A stretch of 64,000 bases of DNA from an uncultured Candidatus Bathyarchaeia archaeon (GTDB lineage Archaea > Thermoproteota > Bathyarchaeia > Hecatellales > Hecatellaceae), in assembly GCA_964484995.1 (NCBI GenBank), contig CAZAHF010000001.1, positions 672 to 64,671 on the forward strand, given 5' to 3'. The notes beneath the pieces were generated by a model that made no database searches, was not told where the DNA came from, and worked only from the letters and a program-made list of their open reading frames with translations. Positions 45,679 to 55,430 of this stretch are shown one piece after another (the first letter of the stretch is position 1; each line of letters starts with the position of its first letter). The position numbers were made by a program, and so were the translations under genes.

Positions 45679-47907
45679 TTGAGGAAGATTGCTGCTGTTA
45701 TTCTAGGTGTTTTAACTGTTTTTAGTTATGGTTACACGTATCTACCTAAAAGTCTAAACCTAATAGGAAACTGGCTTTCCCCAATTTTAGGGGCATCATT
45801 CTATGTTTTACTATCAACAATCTTCCTGCTTTTTGCAAACCCAACAACAAACCTTGTTCTGCTTGGACTATGGCTAGGAGTAGGTGTACTTATCGGATTT
45901 TTAACAAGAAGAAAACGTGCAGCATTAGCAAGTGGAATCCTAATTTTTACTATTCTTCACCTTATACTTGGATTATCAATTGTAAAAGTTTTGTTAAACA
46001 TTACAAGTTTAGGGTTTAAATTAGACCCTAAACTTCTACCACCTTTTCCACAGGAACTAAGCACAACCACCATTTTATCTGCGCCAGTTATTGGAGAAAT
46101 ATATCCAAAAATAATTGATTTGATAAGTAAGGGTGGTTTTACTGGTTTACCCGACCTATTAAACACAATAATAAACGTGATTCTAAAAAACTGGGTTTTA
46201 AACTTGTCTATACTTTTAGCATCCTCAATTGTGTTTGCCCATATTTTTGATATGCTAACAAAACGTTTCCTAAGCAAAAAAACTGAGGTTTGGAGAGTTA
46301 GGCTTGCAAAGTTCTTCGTTGTTTTTCTTTGTTTAGCCACTTTTTCCTCTATATTTGGGTTTACAACAGTAATGGCAACTCCTCCAAACACAAATTATTA
46401 TGCTGAAAACCTTATTGGCGGTGTTCTTCCAGATGGAACAGCTATTGCTAGCATGATTTTCTTTCATGACCTAAATTTAACAGAGTTCGTTAGCAAAGAA
46501 AAACCCGCGTTCGACCAGTTGGTTGCAGCTATACTTACTACTCAAAAGTTTCAGCCAAATACCCTTTCCCGTCTTTTAAAAGGTTTAAATGTTTCAATCC
46601 CAAACCTGTCAACATTTACAGCTTTAATACCAGATACCCTTTTTATTGTGGTTTATAATGGGACAGATCAAAACTTGTTAGAGTTAAGAGCAGATACTGT
46701 TGCTTCACTATTCTCTAAGAGGTTTAGTGTTTCTTTAACTCCAATATTTAGTACTTCTAAAAGGTTTGGTGAGGGAAGGGGAGGCTTATACGTTAAGGTT
46801 TACCAGTCATTTGAACCTTTTTCTTTGGTTAAGGATAAGGTTGTAAAAGCTTTACCTACAAATTTTGGAGGATTAACGTCAGTTATGTATTTAGCATACA
46901 AAAATGGAAGAATTATTCCTGAAGCCTCACCTAAAAGTGCAAACGGAACAGTTTTATGGGTAGGTTTAATAGATTTTTCTTCTCTCCCATTGGAGAGGTT
47001 GGGAAAGACAGAAGCCTTTGAAAAAATTGATCCATCAAAATATCTACCTCGGAAAACTGTTTGGATTAACGGTTTCTTCTCATATTGGGTAGGCTATATG
47101 CACTCCTCACCAAAAACTCATGAGTTTAATCCAAATGAGCTTTTAGGTTATAACCAAAGCCTCCCCTTATCAAATCAAGCAGTTTTTTCTAACATCATCG
47201 TTTTAACACCAACCAAAACAACACCTGAAAAACAGCCTACAATTAATGTTTCTTTAATAACTACTCTTGAAATCCCAAAAGAAGCTATACCTCAAAATAT
47301 TACACTCACTAAGGTTAGTAAAGGCTCCGTAATTAACCCAAGTATAATAACATCCACGTTTAGCTATGTTTTTCCTGCACAACTAAAAGTTATAAAAACT
47401 GTTAAGCTAAAGGATAACAATAATGTTGAAATTACTATAAGAGTCTTAAACAAGGATGATAAACCTATCACGAATGTTGTGGTTGATGACAGTCAGGCTT
47501 TAATCCCATATAAAGCCAGTATAGAAAAAACTTTAACTCCAATATTTAAGTGTGAAAAAATTGAAGGTAATAGTGAAAAAGTGTTTACCTATAGTGTTCT
47601 TGCCAAAAATCCTGGAACCTATACTTTTCTTCCTGCAACAGTAACCTATACTTCTGAAGGCTTAGAATTTTCCTCATCTTCAAACATGGCTCATGTTACT
47701 CTTCCAAAACCGTCAATATTCACACTAATGGTAGATGGGTATCTTTTTGTAGGTAGCTTATTCAACTATATTCCAGGTTTTCAAAACTATGGACTAACTA
47801 TTTTTACACTTATTGTTTTAGGAATAATTGCTTTAATAATATTCAATGAGTATCGTGGACTTAAAAAACAGGTTAAAACTACATCTAAGAGAATAGAAAA
47901 AACATAA
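45679..47907 (+). CDS. Large surface-exposed membrane protein with DUF11/CARDB-like beta-sandwich domain (742 aa)
   Basis: An N-terminal multi-TM bundle is followed by ~450 aa rich in N-x-S/T sequons. A DUF11-like segment (NVEITIRVLNKDDKPITNVVVDD ... TYTFLPATVTYTSEG) is followed by a C-terminal TM and a basic tail. Confidence 0.5.
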   Translation: MRKIAAVILGVLTVFSYGYTYLPKSLNLIGNWLSPILGASFYVLLSTIFLLFANPTTNLVLLGLWLGVGVLIGFLTRRKRAALASGILIFTILHLILGLSIVKVLLNITSLGFKLDPKLLPPFPQELSTTTILSAPVIGEIYPKIIDLISKGGFTGLPDLLNTIINVILKNWVLNLSILLASSIVFAHIFDMLTKRFLSKKTEVWRVRLAKFFVVFLCLATFSSIFGFTTVMATPPNTNYYAENLIGGVLPDGTAIASMIFFHDLNLTEFVSKEKPAFDQLVAAILTTQKFQPNTLSRLLKGLNVSIPNLSTFTALIPDTLFIVVYNGTDQNLLELRADTVASLFSKRFSVSLTPIFSTSKRFGEGRGGLYVKVYQSFEPFSLVKDKVVKALPTNFGGLTSVMYLAYKNGRIIPEASPKSANGTVLWVGLIDFSSLPLERLGKTEAFEKIDPSKYLPRKTVWINGFFSYWVGYMHSSPKTHEFNPNELLGYNQSLPLSNQAVFSNIIVLTPTKTTPEKQPTINVSLITTLEIPKEAIPQNITLTKVSKGSVINPSIITSTFSYVFPAQLKVIKTVKLKDNNNVEITIRVLNKDDKPITNVVVDDSQALIPYKASIEKTLTPIFKCEKIEGNSEKVFTYSVLAKNPGTYTFLPATVTYTSEGLEFSSSSNMAHVTLPKPSIFTLMVDGYLFVGSLFNYIPGFQNYGLTIFTLIVLGIIALIIFNEYRGLKKQVKTTSKRIEKT

Positions 47908-47915
47908 AAACTAGA

Positions 47916-49328
47916 CTATTTTTCTAAACCAAACTCTTTATGTAAAACTTTAACAGCCTTTTCACCATCACTTTCCTTAACAACAAAAGAAATGTTTAAT
48001 TCAGACGAGCCTTGAGCAATCATCCTTACGTTTATTTTTTCTTTTCCAACAGCACCAAAAACTCTTGCAGCAACCCCAGGTGTTCCAACCATCCCAGCTC
48101 CAACCAATGCTATCACACAAATATCATCTTCAGCCTTAATTTCACGTGCAATATTCCCACCTAAAATTTTAACTTCAAGCGCGTTTAAAGCATCTTCAAG
48201 CATATCTCTTGGAACAACAAAGGAAATGTTTGCTTCTGAAGAACTCTGGGAAATCATAAGTATGTTAATATTTTTCTCTCCAAGAATACTAAAAATCTTT
48301 GCAGCAACTCCAGGAACACCAAACATACCTGCACCTTCAACAGTAATCAATGCAGCCTTACGAATCAAGGATATAGCCTTAACTATAGACCTAGATTCTA
48401 CCTTCTGCTCTTTAGTGATAAGGGTTCCCGGATTTTCTGGGTTAAACGTATTTTTAACTCTTATAGGTATTCCTTTCTCCATAACTATCTCAATAGCCCC
48501 AGGATGCATCATTTTAGCTCCAAAATAAGCCATTTCCATGGCTTCCGCATAGGATATTTGAGGTATAACTCTAGCTTTAGCTTCAATTTTAGGATCTGTT
48601 GTCATTATACCGTCAACATCAGTCCAAATCCAAATTTCATCAACATCCAAAGCAACACCTAAAATTGAGGCTGTACAGTCAGACCCTCCTCTACCTAAAG
48701 TTGTGATTACACCATTTTGGTCTGCAGCAATAAACCCAGTTACAATAGGTGTAACATCTTCATCAAGAAGTTTTTGAAGCCTACTTTTAACCTGATGACT
48801 TGTAGTCTCCATTAATGGTCTTGCACTACCAAAATTTGAGTCTGTTACTATTCCCGCGTCTTTTCCAGTAAACCACTGGGTTTTTACTCCCATAGATTTT
48901 AAGGCTCCCCACACAATAGGGGTTGAAAGTCTTTCCCCAAAACTTAATATATAATCTTTAATTCTTGGTGTAAGCTCACGGAGATACGCAACCCCAACTA
49001 AAACGTTTTCAAGTTCAAGAAGTGTATCTTTAATTGTTTCCTCTACAGCCCTACGAACAGTTTCCTCTTTTACCGCTTTTTTACATGTGTTTAAATGTCT
49101 TTGTTTAAGCTCATCAACAAATCTTTTAATAAATTCTTTTTCACCCTTACCAGCTAAATTAGATGCTCTAAGAAGCTCATCGGTTACTCCGGCTAAAGCT
49201 GAAACAACAACCACAATTTTATTGTCTTGCTTAAGATATTTGTCTATAAGATTGCATACATGGCTTATACGTTCCCCATCAGCGACAGATGTTCCGCCAA
49301 ACTTCATTACAAGCCTCATTTTTACCAC
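47916..49328 (-). CDS. ask: Aspartate kinase with C-terminal ACT domains
   Basis: KFGGTSV amino-acid-kinase N-terminus, TLGRGGSD motif, and two ACT repeats. Confidence 0.85.
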   Translation of the reverse strand: MVKMRLVMKFGGTSVADGERISHVCNLIDKYLKQDNKIVVVVSALAGVTDELLRASNLAGKGEKEFIKRFVDELKQRHLNTCKKAVKEETVRRAVEETIKDTLLELENVLVGVAYLRELTPRIKDYILSFGERLSTPIVWGALKSMGVKTQWFTGKDAGIVTDSNFGSARPLMETTSHQVKSRLQKLLDEDVTPIVTGFIAADQNGVITTLGRGGSDCTASILGVALDVDEIWIWTDVDGIMTTDPKIEAKARVIPQISYAEAMEMAYFGAKMMHPGAIEIVMEKGIPIRVKNTFNPENPGTLITKEQKVESRSIVKAISLIRKAALITVEGAGMFGVPGVAAKIFSILGEKNINILMISQSSSEANISFVVPRDMLEDALNALEVKILGGNIAREIKAEDDICVIALVGAGMVGTPGVAARVFGAVGKEKINVRMIAQGSSELNISFVVKESDGEKAVKVLHKEFGLEK

Positions 49329-49333
49329 TAAAC

Positions 49334-50380
49334 CTAAACATATCTTGAGGATTTTAAAGATATATCCTGTTTAATAGTTAATAAATCTCTCAGAATAGCA
49401 CTTGCAGTCTCTATTCCACCAGCACCTCTACCAATAACCGTTTCCTCACCAGCATATTGAGAAACAAAAGTTACCGCATTCAAAACTCCGCTAACACATA
49501 GAGGGTGATCTCTAGGAATTAGCTGTGGGGAAACCTGAAGTTCCCCTTCTTTAGCTGAAGCAATAAGCTTAATTTCACAACCTTTTTCTAGGGCTTTCCT
49601 AACATCTTCTAGGGTTATTCTTCTTATTCCCTCAACTTTTACATCTTTTAAAACAGCTCTTAAACCCAGAATCCAGTTAGCTAAAATTACAAGTTTACAT
49701 GCTGAATCATAACCGTCAACATCCATAGATGGATCTGCTTCTGCATAACCAGCTTTTTGAGCTTCAACTAAAGCCTCCTCAAAAGACATATTTTCATAAG
49801 TCATTCTTGTTAAAATATAGTTTGTTGTTCCATTAAGAATTCCTCTAAAAGAAAGAATTTTATCTCCTAAAAGACATTTTTTAGCAAAATCCAAGATGGG
49901 TGTTCCGCCACCAACACAACCACTAAACCTAAGTAAAACATTATTGTATTCCGCTAACTCCATAAGAGCTGGCATAGCTAAAGCTAAAGGCCCTTTATTA
50001 GTTGTAACAACATGTTTCCCCGTTCTTAGAGCTGTTTTAATGTGGGTTAATGCAGGTTCACCGTCAACTATATTTGTTGGTGTAGCCTCAACAACAACCT
50101 CCGCATCTGTTTCCTCAATAATTTTTGCCGCATTAACATTTCTAACACCGTTTTCCTCATCCATACAGACAGAACCTTTCTCCCTTTTTACATCTAAAAC
50201 TTTTTTAAGGTTTAATCCTTTAAGGTTTAAAGAAGCACCTCCACTATCAATAACAGCAATAATCTTAGGGTGAATTTTAAAACTCTCAATCAACTCTTTC
50301 TCTCTTACCAGCAAAAGCTTAGCAAAACTCTGACCAACAACACCAAAACCAACCAAGATTAACCGCATTTTAAACACCAA
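49334..50380 (-). CDS. hom: Homoserine dehydrogenase
   Basis: NAD-binding N-terminus (RLILVGFGVVGQ), HSD catalytic region and a C-terminal ACT-like segment. Confidence 0.85.
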   Translation of the reverse strand: MVFKMRLILVGFGVVGQSFAKLLLVREKELIESFKIHPKIIAVIDSGGASLNLKGLNLKKVLDVKREKGSVCMDEENGVRNVNAAKIIEETDAEVVVEATPTNIVDGEPALTHIKTALRTGKHVVTTNKGPLALAMPALMELAEYNNVLLRFSGCVGGGTPILDFAKKCLLGDKILSFRGILNGTTNYILTRMTYENMSFEEALVEAQKAGYAEADPSMDVDGYDSACKLVILANWILGLRAVLKDVKVEGIRRITLEDVRKALEKGCEIKLIASAKEGELQVSPQLIPRDHPLCVSGVLNAVTFVSQYAGEETVIGRGAGGIETASAILRDLLTIKQDISLKSSRYV

Positions 50381-51593
50381 CTATCCTTTTTATAACATCT
50401 AAGTCTGCTTCAACTTCAACAGGCTTAACAAAAAATTTAACTGGTGTATCCGGATCTTTTAGCCCATGACCAGTAGTAACACAAACAATAACCTCATCTT
50501 TATCGATTTCACCCATCTCTAAAAATTTTTTTAAGCCAGCAATTGAGGAGGCGCTTGCAGGTTCAACAAACAAACCTTCACTTCTAGCTAAAACCTTTTG
50601 AGCTTCAAGAATCTCTTTATCTGAAACAGTTTCAGCTTTCCCACCTGACTCTTTTATTGCACGTATAGCCTTCTTCCAGTTTACAGGAGCACCTATTCTT
50701 ATAGCTGTAGCTACAGTTTCAGGTTCAAGAACAGGCTCAATAGTGTCTTTTCCGGCTTTAACAGCTTTTGCTATTGGAGCTGCACCTTCAGCTTGAACAC
50801 CCATCATTTTAGGAAGAGAATTTATAAGTTCAAGCTCTTTAAACTCTTTAAATCCCTTCCATATAGCGCTAATGTTTCCCGCGTTTCCAACAGGAACAAT
50901 AACTCTGTCAGGTGGTCTACCATTTAACTGGTCTACAACCTCATAAGCCAGAGTTTTTTGTCCTTCAAGCCTATAAGGGTTAACAGAGTTAAGCATGTAA
51001 ACTTCACCACAATCGAGAGAAAGCCTAATAATAATGTTTAAAGCATCATCAAAATTTCCATGAATCTGAACCACCTCAGCCCCATAAACAATAGCCTGAG
51101 CAAGTTTCCCGTAAGCAACCTTTCCAGAAGGAATAACAACTAAACATCGAATACCAGCCTTCGCCGCATAGGCTGCTAAAGAAGCTGAAGTATTACCTGT
51201 CGAAGCGCAAACAACAGTTTTAACTCCATACTCTAAAGCTTTTGTTACACCAACAGTCATTCCCCTATCTTTAAAAGAGCCTGTCGGGTTTTCCCCCTCA
51301 TTTTTAACGTAAAGATTCCTTAATCCAAGTTTTTCAGCTAAACGGTTACATCTATAAAGCTTGGTTCCTCCCTCATTTAGTGAAACAATTTTTGACTCGT
51401 CAAGGATAGGTAAAAACTCTTTATATCTCCAAACTGATAGAGGCCTTTTTTCCCAGTCAGACTTTTCTATTTTGAATTTTAACTTTTCAAAATCGTATTT
51501 TACCTCAAGTAGATCTCCACATTTTTTACAGTAATAAACTACTTCCTCTGGGCTGCTTTTTTCATGACAACCTATACATTGAAGATAGAACAT
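50370..51593 (-). CDS. thrC: Threonine synthase
   Basis: PLP fold-type II with a Lys motif (GSFKDRG) and an N-terminal Cys-rich extension. It overlaps hom by 11 nt. Confidence 0.85.
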   Translation of the reverse strand: MFYLQCIGCHEKSSPEEVVYYCKKCGDLLEVKYDFEKLKFKIEKSDWEKRPLSVWRYKEFLPILDESKIVSLNEGGTKLYRCNRLAEKLGLRNLYVKNEGENPTGSFKDRGMTVGVTKALEYGVKTVVCASTGNTSASLAAYAAKAGIRCLVVIPSGKVAYGKLAQAIVYGAEVVQIHGNFDDALNIIIRLSLDCGEVYMLNSVNPYRLEGQKTLAYEVVDQLNGRPPDRVIVPVGNAGNISAIWKGFKEFKELELINSLPKMMGVQAEGAAPIAKAVKAGKDTIEPVLEPETVATAIRIGAPVNWKKAIRAIKESGGKAETVSDKEILEAQKVLARSEGLFVEPASASSIAGLKKFLEMGEIDKDEVIVCVTTGHGLKDPDTPVKFFVKPVEVEADLDVIKRIVGV

Positions 51594-52175
51594 TTACAAT
51601 ATTTCTCCAGGGACCTTCAAAAGAATCTTCCTTTTTTTCCTTAAAATCTTTTTAACTAGATACCACGGTATCATTCTTTCGGGAAGTTTTATCCCAAGCT
51701 TTTTAAAAATTTTTTCAAATCCAAGTCTTTCTAAAACACCTTCAATACCTATATCTAACCCGATAACACGCCAAGAACCACCAACTTGCTCAATTTTTAT
51801 ATCATCAACCCTATCAATTAAACGTCCATCAGCATCAACTATCTGCCTATCCAAAACATCCTTACATAAAAAAATCTTATTTTTAAGGTCTGGTTTAAAA
51901 TCCAACTCAACCATTTTCAAAAATTTTTCATGATCTGCCTTTAAAAAAAGATTCTTTTTCCCGATTTCCTTTACTTGACTCCAAGGAAGATAAACAAGAA
52001 ACTTTTTGCTTCTTATACCCAACTTTTTTAAAACTTTTTTTCTTGGTTTTATTGTTAAAGCAACAACTCTAGGAAAAACATGTCTAGAGTCAACTAGCAA
52101 ATCAGAAACTTTTCCTACTTTTTCACCGTCGGATGTTATAACAGTCTTTTTAAAGATGTCTTCACAAAATCTCAT
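51594..52175 (-). CDS. PRC-barrel domain protein (tandem PRC barrels)
   Basis: Two PRC-barrel-like segments (VITSDGEKVGKVSDLLVD; IVDADGRLIDRVDDIKIE). Its stop abuts the thrC start. Confidence 0.6.
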   Translation of the reverse strand: MRFCEDIFKKTVITSDGEKVGKVSDLLVDSRHVFPRVVALTIKPRKKVLKKLGIRSKKFLVYLPWSQVKEIGKKNLFLKADHEKFLKMVELDFKPDLKNKIFLCKDVLDRQIVDADGRLIDRVDDIKIEQVGGSWRVIGLDIGIEGVLERLGFEKIFKKLGIKLPERMIPWYLVKKILRKKRKILLKVPGEIL

Positions 52176-52298
52176 CGTCTAACCATCACGTTGATTATGC
52201 TTAAGTTAATGTAATCTCTACGGTCTAAAGTATATGTTTTTTGTTAAACGAAAAATCTATACATAGTTACCATGTTTAAAGCTAATATTGTGAGTTAG

Positions 52299-52694
52299 TT
52301 GACTGCTCAAAGATTTGATATTCATACTTTAGCAGTTGTTTTACCCATAGTGGTTTTAGTTACATTAGGGTTAACAACCTCAGTTTTAAACTTAACCTAC
52401 AACTTTTACCATGAAGAAAAAAATGGTGTTGAAGTTAGGGCATGGTGGGATGGTGACCATGCCGATATTTATGTTAAAGTTAAATCAGAGGAGCTTCTTC
52501 CAGCCCTAGTTGAGGTAAGAGAGTTTATAGAGGAAAAAAATTCGTATCAACCAACTAAACATATTCTCCGTTCACTTGTTATATCTTCCACGGATAGCCC
52601 CTTGTTTATTACAAGTGCTGTAACCTCAAAAAATTTTGAGATAATTGTTTTGACTTCGCAAAAAGACTTTGTGTTTAAAATAAGGTTAAGGTAG
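52299..52694 (+). CDS. Hypothetical membrane-anchored protein (131 aa)
   Basis: TTG start, one N-terminal TM helix, a soluble domain and no recognisable motifs. It ends 8 nt before mntH. Confidence 0.35.
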   Translation: MTAQRFDIHTLAVVLPIVVLVTLGLTTSVLNLTYNFYHEEKNGVEVRAWWDGDHADIYVKVKSEELLPALVEVREFIEEKNSYQPTKHILRSLVISSTDSPLFITSAVTSKNFEIIVLTSQKDFVFKIRLR

Positions 52695-52702
52695 GTTATC
52701 CT

Positions 52703-53998
52703 ATGAAGAAGGACCGTTCAACACGTAGAGTGGTTGGTGGTAGAAGAAGGTCTCGTTTAAGAAAAGTTAAACATTTTTTGTGGGTTATTGGCCCAGGAAT
52801 TATAGCTGGTGCTGCTGGAAATGATGCTGGAAGTATTGGAAGTTTAGCTTCTGGTGGCGCACTTTATGGCTGCTCTATACTTTGGGCTTTACTTCTTTCT
52901 CTCATATTCTCATATTTTATCCAAGATATGTGTGTTCGGATTGGTGTGGTCTCAAGGAAAGGTTTAATTGAACATGCAAGAGAAAGGTATGGATTTAAGG
53001 TTGGATTTATTTTTTTACTAGTCTTCTTAGCTGTAAATTTTGCTACAGTTATCGCTGGGATTGCTGGTATGGCTGCAAGCTTAGAGCTTTTAGCGTGGGT
53101 AGCTGGCCTCTATTTTCCTTACACAATTCTTGTACCAATCTTAACATTTTGTGTTTGGCTTTTTCTTTTAAAAGAGGGATACGGTCCTATTGAACGTGTT
53201 TTTTCTATTGTAAGTTTAACAATGTTTGTTTATGTTGTTGTAGCTTTTATGGCTAATCCTTCTCCTGAAGAAATTATTCGAGGTTCTCTTTGGATAACAG
53301 AAGAACTAACTTTCGACTATTTGGTTTATGTTTCAGCAATCATTGGTGCAACAATTTCTCCTTATATGCAGTTTTACCTGGTTTCAGCTATTGTTGATAA
53401 AAGAGTTAGGATTAGAGATCTTCTTTCAGAAAGAGTAGGATCCATTCTTGGAATAACGATTTCAGGTATTCAAGCTTTTGCTATTGTTATTGTTGCAGCC
53501 TATGTTCTTTTTCCGAGAGGAATAATTGTTGAAACAGCTAAAGATGTTGCTTTATCTCTTGTACCTTTTCTTGGGTTTTCAGCATTTACTCTTTTTGCTA
53601 TAGGGTTTTTCTCCTCCTCTCTTAATGGGACGGGTGTAATAATTAGTAGTTCAGGCTACTCTTTTAGCGAGTTTTTTGGTGTTGAAAGAGGTTTAAGTAA
53701 AAGAGTTCGTGAAGCTTTTACCTTTTATCTTATGTTTACTATCTGTTTTATGATTGGTTATGGTGCTCTAATCTTAGGGATAACACCAATTCAAGCTATG
53801 GTTTACTCTATGGTTATATCGTTTATCCTAAGCCCCATGGTTGTGTATCTAATTTTAAGGGTTGCAAATGATAGTGAGGTTATGGGAAAACATGCAAACA
53901 ATTTTGTTATGAAAATTGTTGGATGGGCTATTTTTGTAATTCTTTTATTGTTGGACTTTATACTTTTAATGGATGTGGTTATTACGTATATGCCGTGA
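52703..53998 (+). CDS. mntH: NRAMP-family divalent metal (Mn2+/Fe2+) transporter
   Basis: GPGIIAGAAGNDAGSIGSLASGGALYGCSILWALL matches the NRAMP TM1 signature. There are 11-12 TM helices. Confidence 0.85.
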   Translation: MKKDRSTRRVVGGRRRSRLRKVKHFLWVIGPGIIAGAAGNDAGSIGSLASGGALYGCSILWALLLSLIFSYFIQDMCVRIGVVSRKGLIEHARERYGFKVGFIFLLVFLAVNFATVIAGIAGMAASLELLAWVAGLYFPYTILVPILTFCVWLFLLKEGYGPIERVFSIVSLTMFVYVVVAFMANPSPEEIIRGSLWITEELTFDYLVYVSAIIGATISPYMQFYLVSAIVDKRVRIRDLLSERVGSILGITISGIQAFAIVIVAAYVLFPRGIIVETAKDVALSLVPFLGFSAFTLFAIGFFSSSLNGTGVIISSSGYSFSEFFGVERGLSKRVREAFTFYLMFTICFMIGYGALILGITPIQAMVYSMVISFILSPMVVYLILRVANDSEVMGKHANNFVMKIVGWAIFVILLLLDFILLMDVVITYMP

Positions 53999-54064
53999 AC
54001 CATAAAAGTTAATTGTGAATTTTTAACAGTATTTTCAAGTGTAATCTAAAGGTCTTAAGGGTGA

Positions 54065-55345
54065 ATAGCCATATCTAAAACACCAACCTACATAAAAAAA
54101 ATTGTTAAGGAACACCATAAATGGAGAAGTAGCTGTATAAACCTTGTTGCAAGTGAAAATGTTACAAGCCCAGCTGTAAGGGAAGTTTTAGCCTCAGATT
54201 TTACTCATAGATATGCTGAAGGTGAACCTTACAATAGGCTTTATGGTGGAACAAAATATTTTGATGAGGTTGAAGCTTTTGCCATAAATCTGGCTAAAAA
54301 AATCTTTAAAGCTGAACATGTAAACCTCAAACCAATTTCAGGCTGCCAATCAAATCTAGCAGCTCTATATGCTTTAACAAATATTGGAGATACTGTTATG
54401 GCCTTATCCTTAGTTACTGGTGGGCATATTAGTTATATGGAGTTTGGTGGAGCTGGTGTTAGAGGATTAAAAGTTGAAAGTTTACCCTTTAACCCGGAAG
54501 AAATGAATGTTGACCTAGACGCTACAATAAGAAAGATTAGAGAGGTTAAACCAACTCTAATTTTTCTAGGTGGAAGCGTAATCCTATTTCCAGTTCCTAT
54601 CAAAGAAATAAAAGAGGCTTCAGAAGAAGCTGGAAGCAGTCTTGTTTATGACGCCTCTCATGTTTTAGGTTTAATAGCAGGCAAACAGTTCCAAGATCCT
54701 ATAGGTGAGGGGGTAGATGTTCTTACAAGCAGTACCCATAAAACTTTTCCAGGTCCTCAGGGTGGAATAATTTGCTGTAAAAAAAGTTTAGCTGAAAAAA
54801 TTGATAAGGCTGTTTTTCCTGGGCTTGTAAGCAACCATCATCTTCACCATATAGCAGCATTAGCTATAGCTCTCTTAGAAATGGAAAAGTTTGGGGTTGA
54901 GTATGCTAAACAAACAATAAAAAACGCTAAAGCTTTAGCTGAAAACCTATACAATCAAGGTTTTGATGTTATTTGTGCAGATAAAGGTTTTACAGAAAGC
55001 CATCAGGTTTTAGTTGATGTCTCAAAGTTTGGTGGAGGAGCTAAAACAGCAGACCTACTAGAAAAAGCAAACATTATTTGTAACAAGAATCTTATACCTA
55101 AGGATAATTTAAAAAATGCTGAAAACCCAAGCGGTATAAGATTAGGAACAGCAGAAATTACTAGACTTGGACTTAAAGAAAAAGACATGGAAAATGTTGC
55201 AACCTATATTAGAAAAGCTATTATTGACAGAGTCGATCCATTAAAGGTGGCTAAGGAAGTTAAAAAGTTTATGAAAAAGTTTTCAACTATAAAATACTGT
55301 TTTCAAAAAAGAAGTCAAGCTTACAAATATTTTGATTTCTACTAA
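54065..55345 (+). CDS. glyA: Serine hydroxymethyltransferase; 5' end unresolved (no canonical start codon in frame)
   Basis: SHMT motifs (INLVASENVTSPAVRE, RYAEGEPYNRLYGG, SSTHKTFPGPQGG). Conserved N-terminal sequence extends ~110 codons upstream of the first ATG (54398), up to an in-frame TGA at 54062-54064. Confidence 0.8.
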   Translation: MAISKTPTYIKKIVKEHHKWRSSCINLVASENVTSPAVREVLASDFTHRYAEGEPYNRLYGGTKYFDEVEAFAINLAKKIFKAEHVNLKPISGCQSNLAALYALTNIGDTVMALSLVTGGHISYMEFGGAGVRGLKVESLPFNPEEMNVDLDATIRKIREVKPTLIFLGGSVILFPVPIKEIKEASEEAGSSLVYDASHVLGLIAGKQFQDPIGEGVDVLTSSTHKTFPGPQGGIICCKKSLAEKIDKAVFPGLVSNHHLHHIAALAIALLEMEKFGVEYAKQTIKNAKALAENLYNQGFDVICADKGFTESHQVLVDVSKFGGGAKTADLLEKANIICNKNLIPKDNLKNAENPSGIRLGTAEITRLGLKEKDMENVATYIRKAIIDRVDPLKVAKEVKKFMKKFSTIKYCFQKRSQAYKYFDFY

Positions 55346-55430
55346 AAATTTTAAAGTTTAGTTTTTCAGATGTAAAAATTGTAAAAGATTTTATACGTGT
55401 AGAGGGGTTACTATAACAAAAATCATAGAG

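Noticed and set aside
45957-46391. 144-aa minus-strand ORF
   Set aside because: It is antisense within the N-terminal TM region of the 742-aa surface protein, so it is a shadow ORF.
49896-50273. 125-aa plus-strand ORF
   Set aside because: It is antisense within the homoserine dehydrogenase gene.
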